DNA of 64,000 nt from an uncultured Gemmatimonadaceae bacterium (GTDB lineage Bacteria > Gemmatimonadota > Gemmatimonadetes > Gemmatimonadales > Gemmatimonadaceae), in the NCBI GenBank assembly GCA_963843845.1, contig CAWJMB010000002.1, forward strand, positions 3,360,001 to 3,424,000. The letters run 5' to 3'. The translations under genes and the position numbers were made by a program. This document shows positions 56,368-64,000 of this stretch, one piece after another (position 1 is the stretch's first letter; each line of letters begins with the position of its first letter). The notes beneath the pieces are model-generated. The model had not been told where the DNA came from and did no database searches. It saw only the letters and a program-made list of their open reading frames with translations.

Positions 56368-57599
56368 ATGCGAAAGATCGACACTCGCCGGTTCGTGCGC
56401 GCCACGCGTGCGACGCCGCGGAACATCAACCGGCAGATCCTGCTCAACCTCGTGCGCGAGCAGGGCCCGATCTCGCGCGCCGACCTCGCGCGGCGCATGG
56501 ACATCGGGCGCGGCATGGTCACCGCCCTCGTCGACGAGCTGCTGCACGAAGAGGCGATCTACGAGGGCGCGACGGTCGACGCGCCGCGCGGCCGCAAGCC
56601 GAAGATGCTCTACGTCCGCACGCGCGGGCGCCTCGTCATCGGCGTCGACGTCCGCTTCTCGCGCACCTACCTCATGCTCGGCGACTTCGCGGGGGTGCCG
56701 GTCGCGACCGAGTCGTTCGAGACCGTGACCGACCCTGCGGCGTTCGTCGACACCATCGTCGCCCGCGTCGGGGCGCTGCTCCGCGCGCACGGCGAGCGCG
56801 GCGCGCTCGCCGCGTGCGAGGGGATCGGCCTCGTCATCCCCGGCCAGGTCGATCAGCTCACCGGCCGCGTGCTGAACTCGCCGCAGCTCGGCTGGCGCGA
56901 CGTCGACGTGCGCGACGCGATCGCGCAGCGCACCGGCCTCGCGACGTTCGTCGAGAACGCGCCGATCGCCTGCGCGCTGGCCCACATGTGGCTCGGCACG
57001 CAGGGGGCCGAGCAGCACGACCGACTTCGCGTACGTGACGGTGAGCGACGGCGTCGGCGTGGGGATCGTCGTGAACGGTCAGGTCGTGCGGGGCACCGGG
57101 CACACCGCCGGCGAGTTCGGCCACATCCCGCTCGCGCTCGACGGCGCACTCTGCCTCTGCGGCGCGCGCGGCTGCCTCGAGGCCTACACGTCGAACCTCG
57201 CGACGCTCAAGCGCTACCTCGGCCGCGACCTCTCGCTGGGGCGACACGCGCGACCTGCTGCGCACGAGCGGGCTGACGGTCGACGACGTCCTCACCCGCG
57301 CCCGCGACGGCGACGCGCGCGCCGCCGCCGCGCTGAACGAGACCGCGCGCTACCTCGGCGTGGGCCTCGTCTCGATCATCAACGGCGTGAACCCGGCGCA
57401 GATCGTGATCGGCGGCGAGGTCACGGCGGCGTGGGATCGCATCTACCCGATCATGCGCGCCGAGGTGCGCGCGCGGGCACTGACCGCCGCGTCAGCCGCA
57501 ACGCCGATCGTGGCGGAGGCGCCCGGCGTGTCGCCGCGGCTGCGAGGAGCGACGGCGCTCGTGACGGCGCCGCTGTTCGCGGCGCCGCAGGTGGCGTAG
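56368..57599 (+). CDS. ROK family transcriptional repressor (two frameshifts, near 57015 and 57240)
   Basis: HTH ISRADLAR, GRKP, GIGLVIPG, VEN, GEFGHIP and CLCGARGCLEAY. Confidence 0.9.
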
Positions 57600-57620
57600 C
57601 ACGGGCCGCCGACGCGTCGG

Positions 57621-58301
57621 CTACTCGCGATTCTTCCTCGCCGCCGTCCTCGCCGCCGTCCGCGTCGGCGCGGTCATCGTCTGTCCTCCGAGCGGTCGGT
57701 CGTCGTCGTCCGAGCCGCGCGTTCGGTCCAGCGTCTCCCGTCGCTCCAACATGGCGACGAACTCGGCGACCCGGCGCGCTCTCGTCTCGGGCCGGACCGC
57801 CGTCTGGATCCGATGGAGAATCGCGTATCGCGCCGCGCCCCGCAGCGTCTCGAAGAACGCGCTCGCTTCCGGGTGCTCGTCGAGAGACGCTCGGAGGTCG
57901 TCCGGGACGGTCATCGTGCGAGCGGAATCATAGGCGCGGTCCCACCGACCGTCCGCTCTGGCCGCCTCGACGGCAGCCAGCCCAGCGGGGTGCATCGCGC
58001 CCGCCGCGACGAGCCGCGCCACGTGCTCGCGATTCCGCTTCGACCAGGGGCTCCGCTGCTGCCGCGGCGTGAACTTCTGCAGAAAGGAATCCGTATCGAA
58101 GCGCTGCTTCTGCCCGTCGATCCAGCCGAAGCAGAGCGCGACGTCGAGCGCGTCGGCATAGCTGACCGACTGCAGCGGCGAGGCGGCCTTCGCGATGCGG
58201 AGCCAGAGACCGCGCTGCGTGGCATGGTGTGCCTCGAGCCACTGTCGGAAGGCGGCGCCGTCGGCGAAGAGCACGATCGGGTAGTCGGACGCTGGAGCCA
58301 C
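57621..58301 (-). CDS. YdeI/OmpD-associated family protein
   Basis: ALCFGWIDG, FTPR..SPWSKRN, VPDDL and ETRARR. Confidence 0.88.
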   Translation of the reverse strand: MAPASDYPIVLFADGAAFRQWLEAHHATQRGLWLRIAKAASPLQSVSYADALDVALCFGWIDGQKQRFDTDSFLQKFTPRQQRSPWSKRNREHVARLVAAGAMHPAGLAAVEAARADGRWDRAYDSARTMTVPDDLRASLDEHPEASAFFETLRGAARYAILHRIQTAVRPETRARRVAEFVAMLERRETLDRTRGSDDDDRPLGGQTMTAPTRTAARTAARKNRE

Positions 58302-58396
58302 GTTCGATGGACGGAGTGGGGGATGCGGCGCGCGAAGGCGCGCGGTCTCGTGATCGCGGGCGCTCCGTTGCCGGTGAACGGGCCGGCGCGCCGCCC

Positions 58397-58894
58397 TCAG
58401 TTCGCGGCGGGTCGCGCGCGAGACGCCTGGTAGAAGACGGTCTGCCACCGCGTGCCCCGCCGGGACCAGACGGAGGTGGCATACGCGGTCCACGCCATCG
58501 CCGGGGCGCTGACCCGGTAGGAGAGCAGAACGACGTCGGCGCCCGGCCGCAGTACCCGCCACTCGGTGAGCGTGAACTGCGTCGCGTTGAGTGCGTCGTA
58601 GATGCGCCCGACCCCCTCCTGCGTGGTCGGGCTGCGCGTGACCAGGCCCATGGGTTCGGCGCCGTATTCGACCGAGAGCATCCCGTCGGCGAAGAGCGCG
58701 GCCACCGAGTCGCGGCCGATCGCCGCGGGGTGCCACTTCGCGGCTTCCAGCGTGCGGAGGGACGCCTCCACATCGGCGGGCGCCGCCACATCGGCGGGCG
58801 CCGCCGTGTCCGGCGCGGGCGTGCCGGGACCCGCACAGCTGGCCAGGGCCGCGGCGGCGAGCAGCCGGCGGACGGCGCGGAACGTGGTGCCCAT
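58397..58894 (-). CDS. Putative lipoprotein, DUF4440/NTF2-like
   Basis: Lipobox LASC and a C-terminus TSVWSRRGTRWQTVFYQAS. Confidence 0.65.
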   Translation of the reverse strand: MGTTFRAVRRLLAAAALASCAGPGTPAPDTAAPADVAAPADVEASLRTLEAAKWHPAAIGRDSVAALFADGMLSVEYGAEPMGLVTRSPTTQEGVGRIYDALNATQFTLTEWRVLRPGADVVLLSYRVSAPAMAWTAYATSVWSRRGTRWQTVFYQASRARPAAN

Positions 58895-58963
58895 GCCGCT
58901 ACGGCATGTGGGGAGCGACGCAGCAGTCGGACTGTTCATGGTCGACGTACGAAGGGTGAGGAT

Positions 58964-59059
58964 GCCTGCCGCTCCGTTCACCTGCAGAGCGCGATCCGTG
59001 GAACCCGGCGGCTGGTGCGGACCGCCCGCCGCCTTGTCAGCTGCAACGATTCGTTCGGC
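58964..59059 (-). mobile_element. attC-like site (degenerate R')
   Basis: Minus strand reads GCCGAAC-gaatcg-TTGCAGCTGAC...GCAGGTGAAC...GGCAGGC; 21 bp are identical to 61624-61644. Confidence 0.65.
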
Positions 59060-59381
59060 GGCGACGACGCCGCGGCGCGACCGTCTCCAGCCGTTCGAGC
59101 GGCAGCCTCCCCGTCGCGTCGTGCGGCACGCCGATCCGCTTGGCGAGGGTCCCGACCGGGTCGATGCGTGACGGCGTGAAGCGGGCGGAGGGGTGAAACG
59201 TGTGACTACGCGGGCGAGCCCGCTGGATGAACGCCATGCCGTCGCTGGCTACCCTCCCCGTGCAGCGACCTGAACGCCTCGGGCGCCCCTGCCCCGACAC
59301 GTCGCCGCCGAGCGAGTACCCGGGGCACGTCGTCCATGCGCGGGTATCGGTCGGCGCCCGCACTGCCCAATGCCGGCTACC

Positions 59382-59500
59382 ATGCGCCTTCGCGACACGT
59401 TAGCCGACCGCCGCGAGGAGATCCAGCGCGCCGCGGCGGAGAGCGGGGCGCACGTCGTCCGCGTGTTCGGCTCGGTCATGCGCGGCGAGGAGGGGGACGA
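59382..59500 (+). pseudogene. Minimal nucleotidyltransferase (MNT antitoxin-like) N-terminal fragment
   Basis: RREEIQRAAAESGAHVVRVFGSVMRGE; similarity is lost before the DxD motif. Confidence 0.6.
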
Positions 59501-59953
59501 TGAGCACGCCCTCGACCCCAGCGATCGGTGCCGCCGCGGACAGGTGGAGATTGACCTGCTCGCTCCCCCCCGCACCGCCGACTCGGTTGTCCGCCGGGTC
59601 GAGCACGCCGGTCTCCGGGCGGCCGAGGTCCGATCACGCCACATCCCCTTCCAGACCCACCGCACTTCGCCCCGCCGGGCGGCCGCAGGATCGAGAAGCC
59701 CATAGTTGAGCCCGAGCACGTGGACGAGGTGCTCGCGCTGGCGGCGCGCGAAGCGCTCCGCCTCACCGACGTAGTGGGCATAGTACCGCCCGTCGAGTTC
59801 GGACCGGATCGTCCAGATGTAGAGGCAGGAGGCGTCACGGTGGGCGCAGTCGAACAGCGACCGCGGGCCGGCGGCGAATGTGAGCGGGCCGGCGAAGTGG
59901 AGGTGCAGCGAGACCGGCGGCGTCGCCGGTGCGGTCAGGTCGGTGCCGGTCAT
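59495..59953 (-). pseudogene. GIY-YIG-like hypothetical cassette gene, disrupted 3' half (end approximate)
   Basis: CLYIW...YAHYVGEAERFARRQREH resembles the GIY-YIG core; starts 19 bp after an attC-like site. Confidence 0.5.
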
Positions 59954-59971
59954 CCGCGAGGGCGCGTCGAC

Positions 59972-60064
59972 GTGTAACGTCAGGGTGAGCTTGCGAGCGA
60001 GTCGGACAACGCGAGCGAAGCGAGCGATCCGCAGATCGCTCGTCGAGTTCGAGGATCGTCATCC
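59972..60064 (-). mobile_element. attC-like site (degenerate)
   Basis: Overlaps the GrpB stop codon, has an internal cgagcga/tcgctcg stem and ends GCAAGCTCACCCTGAC-GTTACAC. Confidence 0.55.
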
Positions 60065-60624
60065 GGCCGGCGGGCCGTGGCCTGGGGTACGCTTCCAGAG
60101 CGCCGCGCGCTGCTCGGCCTCGCGGATGAAGGCTGATTTTCCATCGCTGTAGCACCCCATATCGCCGCGACATTCGTTTGCGAGCAGCCGTTTCAGCTTG
60201 GCGTACGCGCGCGCGGCATCGTGGTGTGCGCGGAGATGGTCCCGGAATTGAGATGCCGCTCGATTTCGCCTGACGACTGCCTGCGCGTAGGCGTGTATCT
60301 GGTGGGTTCGAACGCCGTGGGGATCATCTCTGCGAAAATATCGGCGACCGGGTAGGCCGAACTCGCCCATGACCTCGTAGCCGAGCTCCTCGAACCGGCG
60401 GGACCGGGTGTCCAGCGCATGGACGCTCGAGACCACCGCGAGCATGTCGATGACTGGCTTCGCGGGGAGGCCTGGAACGGCTGTACTGCCGATGTGGTGG
60501 AGCGCGACGAGGACGTCGCCGAAGGCGGGACGAACTCGCTCGGCTTCGCGAGCGAACGCGTCCGGCCAGCCGGGATCGTGTTCGGCGATAGGATCTCGCT
60601 GTTCGGCAGTCTGCCGCTCCTCAT
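60059..60624 (-). CDS. GrpB family (UPF0157) nucleotidyltransferase-like protein, frameshifted
   Basis: HDPGWPDAF, HHIGSTAVPGLPAKPVID, FRDHL, YAKLK and YSDGKSAFI. Confidence 0.85.
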
Positions 60625-60640
60625 CGACCTGCGTGCGGCC

Positions 60641-60738
60641 GTCTAACGCTTGAGTCGACCTGCGAGCCGCGCGTCATGGAGCCACGCTGCCCGCGCGGAA
60701 TGCTGGCCCATCTCGCCAGCTTCAACGTTACGGTAGCT
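60641..60738 (-). mobile_element. attC-like site
   Basis: Minus strand reads AGCTACC-gtaacg-TTGAAGCTGGC...GCAGGTCGACtcaagc-GTTAGAC, ending in a canonical GTTRRRY. Confidence 0.7.
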
Positions 60739-60771
60739 GGCGGCTCGACGATGGCGGAGAGGCCAAGCGCT

Positions 60772-61519
60772 TCATGCTGAGTGCACGAGGCGAAGCTCCC
60801 GGACGCGGGTCCGGTCGGACTCGAAGACGAAGACGCGGTCGTACCTCGTGTGGAACTCAGCGGACGCCACCTCGTCGAGCACAACGCCCCATGTCGAGGG
60901 ACCGGCTGCCCCGATCACCAGCACGAGCCACCGACTGTAGCACTCCAGGCATACCGACCGACCTTCGGATCCTCGACGGCGAGACGCTCCTGCAGCTCCT
61001 CCGCGCCCCACGGTGCGACCTCGTGCATGCTCCCCTCGCGCCAGTCGGCGGAATCATACCGTGGGCCCGGGCGAGCATCATCTGCGTGACCGGCAAGTCA
61101 GGACGCAGTCGCTCGAATCCGGTACCAAACTCGACGAGGCCTTCGGACCGCGGAACGTGCTCGGCGACGAAGTCGGTCAGGGCGGGTGCCACACGATCGC
61201 GCCGCCACTCGGTGTGATCTTCGGCCCACGCTACCCACACGTTGACCGGCGGGTAGGCCGACCCCTCGTACCGCCGTCGTGCCACCGCGAGGATGCGCCC
61301 GTGCTCGACCTCGGACCGCCGCTGCTCGCCGCCGCTCGGGTGCATGGCGGTCAGCTCGACTCCTACCGAGCCGACGCTCGTCTCGACGACGATGTCGGGT
61401 CCTGGCGGGGGCGGCTGCCGGAGCTTCCCTCGCGGCGCGTTCACATCGAGCGCGGCCGCGAACCGCTCATAGGTCGTCTCCCGTTCCCACACTTTCACGT
61501 CATCGGGACGCCGGAGCAT
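60772..61519 (-). pseudogene. PD-(D/E)xK-like hypothetical cassette gene, frameshifted
   Basis: GPDIVV...VGVELT motif; the C-terminus WLVLVI...YDRVFVF is in another frame; flanked by attC-like sites. Confidence 0.5.
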
Positions 61520-61552
61520 GCAGATCCACCCGCTGAGAGGTTGCCCGTCGCG

Positions 61553-61649
61553 AGTTAACGCCGGAGTTAAGCTGCGAAGCCGCGCGGTTGGAGCTATGAA
61601 TGCGGCTGGAGCGCTGCGCGGCGTTGTCAGCTGCAACGATTCGTCAGCC
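61553..61649 (-). mobile_element. attC-like site
   Basis: Begins 6 nt after the hicA stop: GGCTGAC-gaatcg-TTGCAGCTGAC...GCAGCTTAACtccggc-GTTAACT. Confidence 0.75.
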
Positions 61650-61655
61650 GGCGGC

Positions 61656-61866
61656 TCAGAGGGGCTCGCGGAACTCCTCAGGCGTCAGGCCCGCGTCCCG
61701 GACGATTCCGCCCATCGTGAAGGCGTTCACAGGGTTGTGGCGCGGGATGGTGAGTATGCGGGCGCCGTCCGACATCACCGTGTGCTTGCCCTCGCGCACC
61801 ACGCGGAAGACCGCCTTCTCGAGCGCGGATCGCGTGCAGGTGATTGACGCCCGGGATCTTCCCCGC
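61656..61866 (-). pseudogene. hicA: HicA family toxin (frameshift near 61825; no clear start codon)
   Basis: KIPGVNH, then ALEKA.FRVVREGKHTVMSDG.RILTIPRH....FTMGGIVRDAGLTPEEF. Confidence 0.75.
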
Positions 61867-61869
61867 CGC

Positions 61870-62070
61870 TCAGCCCGCGACCTCGACCTCACGTACCTCG
61901 ACATCGTCGCGCAGCAGCTCGACACGGGCCGCGAGGTACTCGCCGATCGCGTCGGCGATGTTCGCCAGCGCCTCCGCCTCGTCCCGCCCCTGCGACCAAC
62001 AGCCGGGCAGGCCGGGGACGGAAACGCGCACGCCTTCCTCATCCTGATCCAGGGCAACTCGATAGCGCAT
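61870..62070 (-). CDS. hicB: HicB family antitoxin
   Basis: VSVPGLPGCWSQG.DEAEALANIADAIGEYL, with an AGGAGG RBS upstream. Confidence 0.9.
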   Translation of the reverse strand: MRYRVALDQDEEGVRVSVPGLPGCWSQGRDEAEALANIADAIGEYLAARVELLRDDVEVREVEVAG

Positions 62071-62538
62071 CGGATTCCTCCTGGATGCCTGAATCTACGC
62101 GGACGGAGGTAGGCCGGCTCACGCCAATCGTACTGCGCAGCATAACGCGGCAACGGCTGCGCCCCTCGCAGCATATCGACCGACCGGCCCCATCACCGAT
62201 CTCGCGAACGTCTACCGACCTTCGACTCGCTGACTACGCCCCCACAGCCCCGCCGCTACCCAACGCCGTGTAACGCGCCCTCCCAGCCACGGCCGTCGTC
62301 ACGCACAGCGCCCCGCCTCACGCCACCCCCGCGAACGTCGACAGGTCGAGCATCGGGAACCCCGCCCCGGTTCGTCGCCTCGCGGACGGATCGTCGTTCG
62401 CGTGCGTGGGCCCGCCGCGCTTCCCCACCTCCAGGAGCGCGTCGCGCACGGGGGGCGTGTCCGGCGCGACTGGCGCACGCGTACGTCGTCCTGCACGGCG
62501 AACTGCGGGTGATACGCGGATTGAACGCGGCCGCGCAC

Positions 62539-63492
62539 TCACTCCTCCACGAGCACGAGAAACCGCGACCCCGCCCAGAACTTCGCCGGATCGCCGATGC
62601 GCAGCACGCCGCGGACGACGGGGTTCCCTGGCTGCGACGGCGCGAGCCACGCCGGATCGTGCGACGACACGATGCGGTACGCGCGGGCGTCGTTCGGCAG
62701 CCGGATCTCGACGTCGCGCCGGCGATCGAGCACCGTGAAGGCTTCCGCCCGCTGCACGCGCGCCGGCACGATCGCGGCGCTCACGCGCCCGAAGATCGGC
62801 AGCCGGGTCCCGCCCGCTTCCGTCACCACTCCCGCTCGCAGCAGCTCGGCGCGCGACGCGGCGATCACGAACACGCTGTCCGCCTGCGCGACGAGCCGCT
62901 GCACCGAGTCGGTCAGCGCGCCACGCTCGGCCAGGAGCTGCGCGTTCGCGCGCTCGAGCGTGTCGACGCGCGCGACGAGCGACGCGATCTGCTCCTGCTG
63001 CCCCCGCACGATCCCGCGGAAGCGCGCGACGGCGGAGTCGAGCCCCGCGACCTGCGTCTCGAGCGCGCGGGTGCGCCCCGCGAGCACGCGAATCCGCGCC
63101 GCCCGCTCGTGCGCCTCGCGGTCGTTGCGCGCGATCCGCTCGGCGACGGCCTGCAGGCGCTGCCGCATCAGCTCGCGCGTCGACAGCCCCGTGTCGAGCG
63201 TCTCGCTCGACACCCGCGGCGTCGAGAGCGAGTCGGGGCCGGCGAGGCGCTCGAGGTCGGTGTCGACGCTGTCGATGAAGTCCTGCGTCTCGCGCACCTG
63301 CTGCAGCAACGTGTCGCGCTCGGCGGACGCGGCGCGCAGGTACTCGACTTCGGTGCGGAGCCTGGCGAGCGAGTCGGCCGTCGCCGCTGCGTTCTCGCCG
63401 ACGAGCAGTCGGCGGGTCGCGTCGCGAGCGCCGCACGCCGCTGCCGCGACGAGGAGCGCGCCGAGCGCGACGCCCCGCGCGACACGATTCAT
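62539..63492 (-). CDS. Coiled-coil lipoprotein, Cbp1-like
   Basis: Lipobox AAAC, long coiled coil, and a C-terminal domain ELLRAGVVTEAGG...FTVLDRR...IVSSH...LRIGDPAKFWAGSRFLVLV. Confidence 0.7.
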   Translation of the reverse strand: MNRVARGVALGALLVAAAACGARDATRRLLVGENAAATADSLARLRTEVEYLRAASAERDTLLQQVRETQDFIDSVDTDLERLAGPDSLSTPRVSSETLDTGLSTRELMRQRLQAVAERIARNDREAHERAARIRVLAGRTRALETQVAGLDSAVARFRGIVRGQQEQIASLVARVDTLERANAQLLAERGALTDSVQRLVAQADSVFVIAASRAELLRAGVVTEAGGTRLPIFGRVSAAIVPARVQRAEAFTVLDRRRDVEIRLPNDARAYRIVSSHDPAWLAPSQPGNPVVRGVLRIGDPAKFWAGSRFLVLVEE

Positions 63493-64000
63493 CGGGCCCG
63501 TCTGCACGGAGCACCTCCCCAGCCGAAGTCGTCTCGCAGCGCCGGCGCGACCGCGTCGGCGAACAGGGTGGCGGCGCGCAGCCGCTCCGCCGCGCCGGGC
63601 TCGAGCTCGACGACGAGCACCCCCGCGGCGGGGCAGAGCGCCGCGCCGCGCACGGTCGACTGCCCGGCCCACATGAACGCGGACAGCGGCTCGAGCGCGT
63701 CGCTGTCGAGCGTGCCGGTCTTGCCGATCAGGTCGAGCGCGGGCGAGGCGAACAGCGCGGCGACTTCACGCGCCGTGCCTGTCCCTCTCACCACACCCCG
63801 CATGCCATCGAGCACGGCGTCGCGCCCCACGCCGAACGGCAGTGCCGCGAACTCGGGCGCCGCGAGTCGCGTCTCGCCGACGCGGCGCAGCAACCGCAGC
63901 TCCACCGCGCGCCCGGTGGCGATGCGGCTCACCGCCTTCGCGAGCGCCGCGTTGCTCCACTGGTTGTCGGTCTCGCCGATGAGGAATCCGGCGACGTGGC
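63489..64000 (-). CDS. C-terminus of a penicillin-binding/transpeptidase-like protein (partial)
   Basis: GMRGVV..GTA and IGKTGT motifs; the ORF is open to the window edge and ATGA-coupled to the lipoprotein. Confidence 0.6.
   Translation of the reverse strand, partial: HVAGFLIGETDNQWSNAALAKAVSRIATGRAVELRLLRRVGETRLAAPEFAALPFGVGRDAVLDGMRGVVRGTGTAREVAALFASPALDLIGKTGTLDSDALEPLSAFMWAGQSTVRGAALCPAAGVLVVELEPGAAERLRAATLFADAVAPALRDDFGWGGAPCRRAR

Noticed and set aside
62220..62302. Faint resemblance to an IntI C-terminus (YT....GG.GV.S) on the minus strand
   Set aside because: Too short, requires a frameshift, and has no HxxR or LLGH motifs; not supportable as an integrase remnant.

Overview
Very GC-rich bacterial chromosomal segment. 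Gene families (ADOP permeases with PadR, ECF sigma with HEAT-repeat proteins, DUF4097) suggest Gemmatimonadota or a relative; this is inference only. More than a dozen otherwise well-conserved genes are broken by 1-2 nt indels, most likely long-read consensus errors. Layout: (1-36 kb) MacAB-like ABC exporter, DegP, fatty-acid hydroxylase, PAS-GGDEF-EAL protein, a minus-strand run of M28 peptidase > bacteriophytochrome > heme oxygenase > ECF sigma > anti-sigma-like > two HEAT proteins, then GH15, AKR, C-N hydrolase, cytochrome b plus molybdoenzyme, dipeptidase, PadR-ADOP, RND permease, a two-component system and a membrane spermidine synthase-like protein. (37.8-57.6 kb) An approximately 20 kb pectin/galacturonate utilisation locus with a ROK regulator; the same 25-bp palindrome lies in front of both enzyme operons. 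(58.4-62.2 kb) A decayed integron-like cassette array with four attC-like sites and no integrase. (62.5-64 kb) A coiled-coil lipoprotein and a partial transpeptidase-like gene. The motif YGTTAGGC recurs 15 times and accounts for nearly all TTAG 4-mers I could find. All coordinates and counts were derived by eye.
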